Source of the DNA: Catajapyx aquilonaris | Lineage: Eukaryota | Direction of reading: 5' to 3' | DNA: 35,367 nt | NCBI GenBank assembly: GCA_000934665.2 | Contig: KZ539048.1 | Coordinates: forward strand, 1 to 35,367 | In this document: positions 12,122 through 24,700 of the stretch, piece by piece | Position numbering within the stretch: position 1 is the first letter of the stretch | Layout of the letters: each line of letters starts with the position of its first letter | Notes under the pieces: generated by a model | Seen by the model: only the letters and a program-made list of their open reading frames with translations | Told to the model about the DNA's origin: nothing | Databases searched by the model: none | Program-made: the position numbers and the translations under genes

Positions 12122-12390
12122 TCATCAAGAGCCAGGGACCCAATAAAAAGTGTTGTGGTTTCGGAATTCCGCAGATTTCGTACTTTCTGCGTAACTCCAG
12201 ATTAGGGGCTGCGTAAGTCGGAACCTCCTCAATTTTTAACTTTCATCGAGAGCCAGGGACCCAATAAAAGTGTTGTGGTTTCGGAATTCCGCAGAATTGT
12301 GGCACATTTCGTTTTCGTTTTCGTTTTCGTTTTTTTTTGCGTAAGTCCAGATCAGGGGCTACGTAAGTCGGAACCTCCTCAATTTTTAAC
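12122..12390. repeat. Imperfect tandem duplication (copy 1 12122-12240; copy 2 12243-12390)
   Basis: Both copies share GAGCCAGGGACCCAATAAAA(A)GTGTTGTGGTTTCGGAATTCCGCAGA ... CGTAAGTCGGAACCTCCTCAATTTTTAAC. Copy 2 has an internal (TTTTCG)n expansion. Confidence 0.93.
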
Positions 12391-12901
12391 AAAGGTTAAA
12401 CGCGCCGAATTTAAGTCCCGCACGTACCACGGGCGCAAATTAGTTCAGGGAGGCACGTTCAGAAGTGTAAGCCTCGCTGTATAGTACGCGCAGGTAAAGT
12501 AATAAAAGGAATTCTCCTGAGGGGGCAGGCGGCGGCAGCCTAGGTGTACAAGCCCCTTCCTAAAAAATTAATACCAAAAACGCTTAGAATGCTGGCTCGG
12601 GTCCCGCAGCCAACAATCACGCCCCTTGGCATGCCGGGAAGAAGAGACTGGCCATTTTAAAATTTCATTACAGTCCGTCCGGGCTTTGATTAAAATTAAG
12701 TTAAACTGCTGGGAGAGTCAGACTCACGCAAACGGGGGGGGGGGGNGGGGGAACAAGTGACAGTGCGAAAGGGGGAGGTTGGGGCTGCCATTGTAGTAAA
12801 GTAGTACTCGCAGGAACGTGCGTCTGAAATCGGTTTGTAAGTGACAGGAACTCATTACACTGATGCGCATGTAAAACATTCAGGAGACTGGGGATGGAAG
12901 C

Positions 12902-12922
12902 GTAGGTAGGTAGGTAGGTAGG
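12902..12922. repeat. (GTAG)5 microsatellite
   Basis: Directly visible. Confidence 0.9.
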
Positions 12923-15900
12923 AAGACTCATTTATTTATGTGGGGGTAGCCCGTGCTCTGAAGGCGTTGTCGGCGGCCTGCATGTTGCTGGCTGCTTCTG
13001 GATGGCAATCCCCAAGAAGGAAGGGGGAAAAGGTTCCAGAGGAGGGGGGGCCAGAGAGAAGAATGCCAGCGGGTCTCGGACAGCTCGGGAATTATTAGTC
13101 TATTAAATGAAATTAGGTGGGCAGTCAGGCAGAGGGGAGCTGGCTGTAGCTTGGAAATGGCTTATGTTGCCTGTGCTCTGGCTGCTGCTGGGATTGTTTC
13201 TGTGAGGGATGGATAAAGGATTGAGTTTGGTGCGTCACATTGCAGTTTTTTGGGTTGGATTCTGAAATCTTTTTGAGTGAAAATAACTGGCGGTGATCAA
13301 ATTGAGCTAAATTTTAGTCAAAAGTAGGAGTGATTTATATTTATTGAGCTCCCTACTTATATGAACAATATATTAGATGGAACTTAGACTGGGCTTGAAA
13401 GTCTATATGTAAATTTTTAATTCTGACGGAAATCATATGTGATGTTCAATAATAATTTTTCCGGCGAGTATCATTTTATTTATTGAAACTAACATTTATC
13501 AAAATCGATACATATTGAATATTATACCGTGGTGAATCATGCGGATGTGACGAACAATGTGACACTCTGAAAGTTGGACATCATTTCCCACTGCCATAAA
13601 TATTTTTGTGGAACGTTTCTAGTGCCATTTTAATGGCCTACAAAATTGAAAATTTAGCATTCTAAAGGTCTGATATTAACAGCTCAGAAAGCAAATAGTG
13701 TATTGTCCTTATTAAAAATATTATTAGGAACAGATGGCACTAATAACTATATCGTGCAACAGAAAAATCAATAACCGAGCAGATCCCTTCAGTACCAAAC
13801 TATCGAAAAGACATGATAAATATATGGTGACAGTTATCTGGCACTAATTTCTTTAATTGTGCTCGTTAATATCAAAATAATATGTGGCTCATTATTGGGC
13901 GACCGAGCAGTCATTTAACGACCAGAATAAAAGTCTCCATAATTTAAGAGATGTTCACACCGGTTTGAACATCTGCAGGATGAGGCAATACTTATTGGGC
14001 CTCCAGATCAGCGATGGCCATGATGGCCATCCATTGGTGTTCTGAGCGGCCAAACAAGCCTAGCCGGTCGCCCATTGGCCATTGTCTGTGAACAGGCTTT
14101 CCTTTGCCTAATTGGTCTTTGTGTTACCTGGGCCCGATCGGAAGCACCTTGCTTTTCCCTCCTCCCTGCAAACCCCCCCCCCCCCCCCCNCTCAAATTGA
14201 ACTCATTTACACCGGTGCTTGAGCTCAACCGACTTCGCATAAGTCTCCTCCCTGTCCGGCTTTATTGCGGAAATAAATTGCCCTTTCCCAACACTAATTG
14301 CACCGTAAATATTCTCCGACTCTCTCCTCCGTTGCTGGACTATATGCAGCAAGCAAGCAAGCAATTCGGGGGAAGGTTATTTAGCCCTCTGTAGCTATGT
14401 GCTGCACCCCCATTGGCAGCCTCCGCTACCATCCTAACACTTAATTGCTGCATCTGCCTCTAACTAATGGCGCTTATACTTTCGGCTAGGACTGAAATGG
14501 AATTATTATTAGCCGTGTATCACGTCAAGGACTCCTTATTCCCAAAATGCCAGTATTCTAATGTTACAAATGGTTCGAATATGCCGGCATGTAATTTTCG
14601 TTAGAAGAGATTGGTTAGAGACTCGTCAGGCTCATTCCCATTGGCTAATATGCGTTTCAGCCATATAGCTTGTACTCTAGGTATTCTAATAGCATTCCGA
14701 ATATTGGAGCAGGTATAGGCCCAAAGCCTAATAGGTTTTTGGAGCGGCATCCGAGTAGGGGCAATAAAATGATAAGCCTATTACAACAGGGACTGGCAAA
14801 TGATTCCGTTGCACCCCAGCCTGACAAGCTAAACCGAAACCGTTGAACTACTAGGTTGTTCCGCTCTGAATTATTGTCAGGCTTTGAAAGTAATCACTTC
14901 CCAATATTGGCATAGACTTCACTTGTCTACATCACTGTCCCTGTGAAATTGGAGACCAATATGCAACGGTTGGCCAGTCGAGTGGGTAGACCACTGCTAT
15001 CGACAAAATTATCACTTTAGGTACACCCCCACAGATACAACACACTCGCTGATATATACTGGGGCATTGTTGCGGATATCCTTGTGAAAGACGCCTTATT
15101 AATTCGGCAAAGTCTTCACAATTATCAACACAATCCTTGTCATGTGGCGGCACAATTAAGGAGATTCCACGCTAATTATGGAATCGGACGGATACAATGC
15201 TCGATTTTTCTCCTTGGGCCTATCACTACTATCAGATGGGGTCTATTGTTGTCTCTGCTTGCTAGTGACAAGCTGAAGATATCCGGCGTAATTGCTGATG
15301 GCGTGAGAAAGTACTGGGTGCCTCTTTAAAAATTTTATTTTTAATTGTTGCACACATATTTTGTTGGAGTGTTCTTTCGTGTTTTGGAGAAAGTTGGTTG
15401 GAAACACAGCTGGAGCTGAAAACGTGACTGAACTTGTGCAAAAAAAAAATTGTTCTTTTGCTTCAGATCGTGGAAATAAAATCGTGCCTCGCAGAATAAG
15501 GTGGCCCATTAGTAGCTCTCTTCTTTGTGTTGCTTTTTTGTTTCGTCGGGGAGTTTTTTTAAGGAAAGAGAGAAGGTAAGGGTGACAGACTGAGTACAAT
15601 GCTTCCGCTCGTGAGTGTCAAGGAACAAATTGTTTTTGTTGACGACTTGAGATTCATGTTCAGATTACACACTGAATCGTGCGGATTGAGGCAACACCAA
15701 GGAGGAAGTGGACTCTCATTTGTTCTTGCTTAGGTTGCTACATGAGAAGGATGTGCAAGAAGTTGGTCGGAAAATACCAGAGTTTATGTAGGGTTTAGAG
15801 GTATAATCTTGTTATGTTAGGGTCACAAATACTGCATGGTGTTGCGGAATTCGTTGGTGTGTTTGGAGGCGTATTTTGTGGATTACAGGTTCCCCGAGAT

Positions 15901-18233
15901 GTGGCTATAGGGTTTTGCAATATTTGCCAGTTGCAGTTTAAAATACTGGAGACAATATCAACTATGCGTTATCAGTGAAAAGTGAAGTATCGTTTGTGTT
16001 CCTCAAATTGACATTTTTACTATTTTTTGTACTAGTCTGGCGCCTTTTCTGCAATTATAAACTGCAAAGTCTGACAAGCGACACTACTTCAATAGCCTTT
16101 TAAGTCTACCAATTTGATTTAACGCATTAATATACCTTGTCACTAAGGCTGACGTAGACTCTATACAGAACAAGTTAGTCAACACAATGGACTTGTCACA
16201 CTAAAGGTCAAACCGAGACAGGTCCAAGGCAATCACCTCTATAACTATCACCGACACCTATAGCTGTCCTATACTTTCTAACAAACTAACAAATCAATCA
16301 CAGTCTATGACTGTATACACGAACTATCTATACAGTTCTGAAAAGCCAATGATGAAAGGCTTGCTTTCTTATGCCCATTTGAAATTCCCCCTTGGCCTCC
16401 TGTGGTTGTGATTGTTGCGTGCGAGTCAGAATGGCTGCATGAAGTTTAAAACTAGTTTGTCAGCTGCAACCAACTGCTGATAAAAGTGGTGTGCTGGCAT
16501 GGAAGCTGCATTCATCCCACTTAGCGGGAGATCTTACTCCAGCGAGTAAACCTGCGACCAAAAGAGGATGAGTTATAGCTGCCTCTGATTATTGGCCTAG
16601 CTATTTTTCCCCCCCTCTCCTCTATCTGCGAGAGTGACGTGTGCATGTCGGTTTCTCCTCCACTACCCATCTTCATTTGGACACTATATAAAACCAGCGT
16701 TGATGAATGGTTACGTGTCGCCTATACCCATTTGTCTCTATCACTGCCGACTGCAATGTGTTTTGATCCAGAAGGAACTGCGTTCAACCATTTGTTATTA
16801 AATGCTTATGACTCTGAGTCGGAACACACTCGTCTTGCCAATAATGAGTCTGACCAAAAGTTACCTGCTAATCTAATAAGACAGTAGATCCGTCTTGTTG
16901 GGCTTGGATAGTTAGTAAACCTTGAAGACGAAACCCAGTGGGTTCCAAAAAGCACCCAGGTCCGCTAAAAGGCGGCAGTGGAAAAGTGGAGTTCCATGTT
17001 TTCATTATCCAGTGGCCTGCCTTCCCCCTATCCAGGCATGGGTTTCTCTCCCATGAGACGAAGGGAGAAAGAAGAGTTCTAGAGTTTGGTGAGTCCTCTC
17101 GTAGGCTCTTCTCTCTCTGCCAAAGGCAACCAAATAAATTGCCTCCATGTAATACAGGGGATTTGAGAACACGCCAGAAAATGTCGCTCTTCCCTGCACT
17201 TACCGTTTTTTTGACACCACGATTTTTAAAGGCTCTTCAATCGAGTGGATGTTGTGACACCCGGTACTCTCATGGGGGATTCTGGTCAATTCCCTCTTAC
17301 GTTGCATTTGGCACATGTTCCTCACACGCTGCTTCCTGGCGACAATTTGTATCTGTACCAACTGCCAGACGTTTCTGCGGTTTAAAAATGGGCCACTTCC
17401 CTGAAACGATCCATAATCTTCATCGACTGACACGGTTTCAACACGAACAGGCACGTTCGGAAATCCATCTTGGCACAGGAATAGGAAGAAGGAATGTTTT
17501 TTTACATAGTCCCTTAAGGCCTGCTTCCACTGGTGATATTGTCGAATTTCTAATTCAAAATGCAGTGCATATGTCAACTGAACAGCTATATTGGGGGGAC
17601 AATTCAAAATTTTGGTCCAAATTGTGAGATGGCCCCCTTTCTAGCGCCATCTTGCTCGGACTGGGTTTTTCGATCGAGGCGTTGGCTGCTCCTTGTAAAT
17701 CCGCCTTAACAAAGCGAAGTCTCTGCCATCCAGCTCGTAACTCAAGAGGCTGTCAGGAGGAACGCCTTACCAAGCCTGCGGACACCTGCACCTAATCCGT
17801 CTACCGTTTTAATAGCCTCTTCCTCTCCCACTCCGATAACTGGGGAGCTGGATGGGGGAAAGGACCTTTTTCTTTAGCTTTTCTAGAAGAGATAGAAGCT
17901 CGTTTCCCACTTGCTTTTTTCTTTTTTTTTGCCAGTGAGGGAAATGGCTTTTCTACTGTGGGGCCTGATCGACTGGTTGATATCCTCGGGGGTAGGCAAC
18001 ACTTCCGGCGACTTATGGGGATAAGTCGTTGGGCAGAGTGAGTGATGCGATTTTCTGGGGGGATTTCGAGTTGGTCCAATTGGGGCTTGGGCTTTTTGAT
18101 TTGGGGATGAGAATCGGTTTGTGTAGAGGAATTGTTTATCAGAATGATATTAAGGAGGGTAGAGCTTCAATATCCTCGAGATTTCTATTTACACGTTTCT
18201 GAGCTTACTTTTGAGAAGCACGATAAGCTGATA

Positions 18234-18479
18234 CAGTGTGTTCGAAAAGGTGTGTCTTATCTCGTAGACAGTCTCATGCCAATTTTCGTTTGTCACCTAC
18301 ATGAAGAGTTAGGAAACATCAAGTTGGGAATATCACGCCTAACCAGCGACGCCATTTACATGGTAGTAGAATAAAAACTAAAATTAATATTTGGTTGAGC
18401 CAAAATCTCCAAAGTCATTTGGAGATATATCGTCTGCCATATTCGAAAGGTACCTCGAAGAAACTTTTGGACCACCCTG
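18234..18479. mobile_element. Degenerate Tc1/mariner-type MITE
   Basis: The right end TTTTGGACCACCCTG|TA is a typical CAGGGTGGTCCAAAA terminus. The left end TA|CAGTGTGTTCGAAAAG is a diverged match (13/16). Confidence 0.5.
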
Positions 18480-18497
18480 TAAGCAATTACAGACTGT

Positions 18498-18565
18498 CCC
18501 AGGTAGCACAAAAAGTTGGGCCAATATTGGCTCCAATATTGGCCCAACTTTTTGTGCTACCTGGG
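18498..18565. mobile_element. 68-bp perfect hairpin element with CCCAG termini and 2-bp (GT) flanking duplication, EnSpm/CACTA-like
   Basis: 33-bp perfect arms CCCAGGTAGCACAAAAAGTTGGGCCAATATTGG around a CT spacer, with GT at 18496-18497 and 18566-18567. The superfamily call rests on recalled features of animal EnSpm elements. Confidence 0.7.
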
Positions 18566-18710
18566 GTAGGCCTATGTAGAAGTAATTATATGACATTTTT
18601 ATGTATAAGTGACGCATAAAACTGAGATATTGAAATTATACGTCGTATTATAGACTTCGGATAACTTGCGTCTCCCTTCATCGCTGACTACCCCTTATAG
18701 GGAAATGTCG

Positions 18711-18740
18711 TGTTGTTGTTGTTGTTGTTGTTGTTGTTGT
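18711..18740. repeat. (TGT)10 microsatellite
   Basis: Directly visible. Confidence 0.95.
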
Positions 18741-21700
18741 AGACAAAGACATTGCAATACAAAAATAATATTCTACCCAGTATATCTGCAGTTAGTATAT
18801 GACTAACAGACGAAAGCATCAGAAATGCCGCGGACGGTCTGGCACAACCTATGCTACTTCTACCTGGCGAGTGCAGGTGTCTGTATTCATACAAGTCTAT
18901 TTAGGTAACCATTTTAAATCTGAAATCAACAACTGATATTAACTAATAAAAGCATAATATGGTATATTATAAAGATTAAAAATGACTTCATGCTCGCTGT
19001 GTATTTCCACATAGCATCATCATTATGAGTCATCAGTCATGAGATGACCAAGTCGTAAATTACTGCTACCGTTAAATAGTGTTTGAAGACCCTTGGAAAA
19101 ATATCAGCCTGTAAAATAAGTCCGTACAAGACAGTAAATTCCGCCAACACAAGTCCCGCGTGAGCCCGTCAGGACGAATGCAAGAAGTTGGGAGTTGGGG
19201 GGGTTAGAGGGGGTCGAAAGAGTTTTGGATTCCTTGTAAGATGTTGGTGTTGCCAGCCAACTCCATAGACCCGCCCTGGGGTTGGCTTGGCTGGCTGGTT
19301 GGTAGCAGAGTCATGATTTAGAGTCCCGAGTCCCTTCTCTCTTTCTTATCAGACAAGGAGGAAAATCCGCGGGCCCCGCCGGGTCAGGCCGTAAATTTTC
19401 GCCATCAGCGCATCCCAGCCACTCATTTATATCCAAAAAGGGGAGAAACGTGAAGGAGGAAAAAAAGGAGGGAGAAAACAGGGAACACACAAAAAAAACG
19501 AAGGAGCAGGGGACAACGTCTGACAGCCGTAGCGTCACCCTTGGATCTCCATCTCGCGCGATGGAAATCCATCCACCAGGGGGATATCCTGGGGACAATT
19601 CAGTAATGCCATCTATACATTTAAAAAACCACTAAAATATCAGAACTTATATGTGTGTATATGTATCATGTATGTATGCATAAGTATATCCATATAGAGT
19701 ATATTGACTATGCTCATAACATTTCACACTGGGTGCTGACTTTCTAGCATATAACCCAGTTGTAGATACGTTACGTCGTTTATAATCGAGAGAAGGGGGG
19801 GGGGGGNTGGGACAATCGATATGTCGTTCGAAGCATTAGTATCATTTTCAGCTGAAAGTCCAATCCCGAAATGAGATTTAAGGGGGGGGGGGGCGGTATT
19901 AGAGTGTCCTTAAACCGTTTAGAGGGAGAGAGACTATAATATGAGTGGTTATCTCCTTCACCCCCCCCCCCCCCCCCCCAAGCTTCGTTAACTAAATAAA
20001 AAAAAAAACTGTTTAGTGTCCTTATCGCCAGATTCGCGCACACGGTGCCTAGATTTATAACCTACACCAGAAATAAAGATTTGGTGGGAGGGAGCAGCGC
20101 CCCATTATCCATATACTGGAGGAACGTGCGAAATTACTAATCGCGTCATATTCATTAAAATTTGTAAAATTAAAATCGCAGCAATAAGAATTCAAAATAT
20201 TCACATTGCATCAGATTGCTTATTGTACCTCTTCAGCATTTTCATGGAGCAACTCAGGATTTCATTGATCGAGCGTAGTCAGCATCTCAGTGTGTGTAGG
20301 CTAGCAAGTTTGGTAGGGTAGGGGTGGGTGGGTGGTATCGGGTTGGCGATCATGAAGAATGGAGCGCGATAGCTCTATCGCTATATGAGAAGGAGCCAGA
20401 GGGCAACCCGTCATCCGAATGGCCTGGCTATTTTCATTTGGAGAACTCTTTTCACTGCGGGTAGTCCTACGGGAAGGACACACACAATGCGGAAGATAAG
20501 GAGCAAAGTTTGGGCCTTGCATGTTTGCAAGGCGGAAAGATTGCTGCTGTATAGGCACTGGCTATCTTGATGGAATTTGGGTCTGGTTGTGTCGTAAATT
20601 CGCCAGAGGACCAGGGGCATATGAAATTGCAAAGAGGGGTACCTTGCTTTGATCTAGTCAAAAGCATATAGCCTTACAGGATTGGTGTGCAGGTTTTTTT
20701 TTTGTAAGTGAGAACTGAATAGCAGGTCAGGATCTAGGCATAGTCCGATATCCTAGTAATGGTGACGAATAGCATGCAAAACCTGGTGGTAAATCCAGCA
20801 GGTCGGACAAGAAGGTATTGGAGAAGGGTCGAGCCAGCTAGAGCTCCGGGATAGAATCCTGAATTCCCCGTCCCCCTCCCTCCCCTTGTTTTAATTATTT
20901 CTTGTTGTTTAGTCGGTATTAAAGCAGCTTATCGGAGAGTAGAAGGGCTCAAAGCGCTCATGATAAACGGTGGGCCCCGTGACATTCTCTGGAAATTTAT
21001 GGCCATCTTTATCATCCCCATCGGAGCGCGCCAATAGCCAGGGCTTGCCAGTGCGGAATTACCGACTTAATCCAGCAGGGCGCGCAAAAAGTTTTTGGGG
21101 GGCCAGCAGCAGCAGCGTGTCCCATCGGGAAAAGGGCCGGCTCCTCTGACTGATGGGCCTCCTAATGCCCTTCCTCCTCCGGGACCTCCGAACGGGATTT
21201 GCCCCCTAGACTTAATAGCCCAGGCCCCATTATAGCGGCGAGCTCATCTCGATTGCTGCCAGGCCTAGTCAGCAGGTGTGGCCACCCTCGCCATCTTTGA
21301 ATGCACTATGGTGGGGGTAGTCACGTGGTTCGGATGATGGCGTGTCGCGGCGTGTCTGAACGTGTCAGCCATTAATTCCGGGGCAGTGGTAAATCCTGGG
21401 GTCGTCATTGGCATGCATCAGGACAGGAATCGTCATGGCCATTTCCTGGCAGTAACGACGAGGCGTCCCGGGCTAATTAAGCGATTATTCAAATTTTGGT
21501 GGGTCTGCCTGAGGAAGCTGGGAAGTGCACCTCCGAAATGCGGCAGGACAAGTTCCGCTTGGTCTGATTCGCCCGCATTGGAGAAGTCAGGGTCCGGAAG
21601 CTAGCAAGGGGAAGGGGAGGGAAGAAAGTTAGCGTCGGCAGGGGATGTGATGGAAACTCTGCTGGTTCCACGCCAAGGGATCTTTTTGTAAAGCCCGTCG

Positions 21701-24700
21701 GTGGGCTAAAGCTTCCGCAGCGCAAACGGAAGCGAATGCCTGCTGGCATCTCCATCCGTCTCGCTAAGGCCTGCTCCAAGGGACTGCGGTCACTGCTGCA
21801 AGTCCGGATTAGACCCACGTCAAAACCTCTGGACCCCAGGGGGACTCAACCACCACACTCATGCTTGCAGGTGAATCCGGGACACATCACTTCATTGGGA
21901 GACCGGATGACAGGAGAAGGGACGGACTTTATACCGACAGTACCAGCACACGATTTGGAACAGAAATAACCTTCTTGCTGGAGATTCAATAAGGTCAGGA
22001 GGAACCTTTTCAGCGACACTTCAAAGGCAAAACTAATTTGAACATTAGGCTTTCCTTTTAGTTCAGGATGTTGACTGACAACACTTTCATTTAATTTGTG
22101 CTTTTCTAGAAGGAAAAGGAGAACGTTGACTGAGGACTACAGTATAGGTACCGGTACTGCATGTTATTTCAGAATAAACAGATCGAATACACTACGTCAG
22201 TTGCACGCCCATAACGCGTGGTGTCTGGAGCGGCCTGACATGCAAATAATACCCACACAATCCTCGATGTCCTGAAAAATGTCTGATCTCATCTACCAAT
22301 TAACCGACATAATACTACTAATCCTCCGATGACTCTTCTATATTTTGTCGCTTTCAGCTCGTCGCACTGTGTTATAGGTTTACTGTTAATGCAGTAGGCC
22401 TATAGACCCATAACACTGATCTGGCCTAGAGAGTTTATTTTTTTATTTAGGACTGTGTATTGTGATGTGGCCCATGAGAGTCAACATGATTGTATGATGA
22501 GGTGATGAGGACTGTGACACTTTGCAGACAATAGGTGGAATTACTGCACTATACTTCTGTATACAGTATTAGTGCAGGAGGTATAGATATGCAAAAAAGC
22601 CCTTCATCGGTACATCAAATTAGTGCAGTAATAAGTTGTGCAAGATGAATGTCTTGGAATAGTAATGCCCATAAACGGAATCAATTAATTTTTGTGTGTT
22701 TTCCCTCACAATTTTAGAGGCAATGCGACCATATTTCCTCAAATAATATTTTTATAGATGATTAACCGAACAAATAACTTCACAAGGCCAATACCGAATT
22801 GCACAAAAATAATCACTTGTCGTACGTCACACATAGCAATTTGTTCCGCTTCTTATTCCAACCCTTCATTATTTCATGCACGCTTCGTATTGTTTTATTG
22901 GAATCCCGTTTTTCCATTCCCCCAGAATCACGTTCGGCCTCCAAATTTCCTACAGACCCACTTTTTTGATGTAGAAGCCGATTTGACTAAACCTTCATGT
23001 CGTCGGAACTGTAGTCATTAATTTTAACGATCTCATAATGTTGTATTAGATATGTAACGATGCAAGCATACCAGTTTTTTTCTTCCCCTCTAGCCCAGGA
23101 AACTCGGTTGACACCGCTCTGAATAGTTATTACACGATGATATCTATGAATCCCTCCCCACTCCAAAACCCCCAATGGCTCCATTAAGAAAACGGCTATA
23201 TCTCGTAATTAATTTATGCAAAATAATTAGCGCAAGAGTGACGTACATAATAATGATGATGAAGATAGGACCGAATTGGAGGAATGGTGTAAAAGCAGAC
23301 GGGCTTTTCTCTGGTCGTTATCTCCAGTTGGAAATCTGCTCCCTGGCTCCCGAAGAAGAACATCCAAGCGAGTGGAAATGGATTGCTGCTATCAGGATGC
23401 CGGACTAATGTGCTCCGGAATTTTAATAAGGGGGGTGCCAGAGCGGAATGAAGAGTCACCATGGCATGCAGCGTGTCACTAGTGATAAGAACTCGGCTGA
23501 ATGGAAACCGATTCTCAAGTGCAAGCTCTATAATGTACAGGGCCAGTTCTCGGCTTGTTTGTGTCAGAAGAGGGCTGTGGGCTCGGAAATTGAGACATAA
23601 TTTTCATTACTTGAGGACCTCGAGTTCATTTCTTGGTCATTTGCACGATCCTGCTGAGGGTGCTAGGGGAACGACCCTGGCGACGCCCATATATTTGGTG
23701 GCAGAAAATTTAACTAGTAACATGGTGGATACCATTATAAATTGTCCATAATAACACCTGGCGCCTGAAAACGAAGTGTGTCAATTACACCTTTCATAAA
23801 GTCCCGAGACATATACTGACTTTCGGATTAGTCATGTGTATGACACACCATACACACCCTGCATGCAGGACAATAACAAATGTCGCCATATTTGGTCCAG
23901 ATTAAGATACCACATACTTTTTCGGAAAGTATATTACGCTACTTTCTGCTCATTGTTTGCGACCACATTTCGTATTTGCCTGTGTCACAATTGGCGGAAT
24001 TTGGCCTAGCAACAAAAGCTGAGTGTAATGAGGGCCAGATTGCGGCTGGTATCCCCCGCACAATAAGAATGGGCCGACGTTGACGACGCCTGTAAATGGC
24101 ATAATGGATGTTGTGGGGATCATTGTCAGAGAGTTGACAGGCGGCGGAGGCTTCTTGACAGATCAACAATCTCGGCACAAGTGTGTCAGGGTAAGCTGTC
24201 ATCGATGACAATGGCACATTCACTGCCAAATAAGGCTATAGCTGTAGAAGCGAGACTTATAGCCTTTCAGCTGATTGCCGCCAAATGGGCTCACGTGCTG
24301 TGCCTGCTCCATCACCCGGAATTTTGAGGGCCGAAAATTTTCCGGGCAAATATATATCCGGAACCGAGTATATATAGGATGGAGTAATGATTCTGTGACC
24401 TGGCACCCTTGGGAGCAGGCACGCCGTCGAAGCAGGGCCGCCATCACCGCTGCAAATTAAGTGTAGGAGTTAATCCACTAACTTAGAATGGAGAGACCGT
24501 CGCCAGCAAGTTTCATCATGAGAGCCCGAGCTAGGCTGGCTGGTGGTGCGGGAAAGTAGAACGTGTAAATTTTTACCGAAAGGGAACATGGAGTTGATAA
24601 AATTATCTAGTTAAGTCTGGCTTCCTCTGGGACACTGGTAATGGCTCCCAGTGTCCTTGATGTGCTCCGTAATGGGCAATTTGGGAAGCCCGTTTATGTG

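Noticed and set aside
16938..17627. Longest ORF (229 aa, +) as a gene
   Set aside because: It starts at GTG, has no recognisable domain, and its composition looks random.
22540..22632. 12-bp inverted repeat ATTACTGCACTA/TAGTGCAGTAAT
   Set aside because: Too short and without a clear TSD to call an element.
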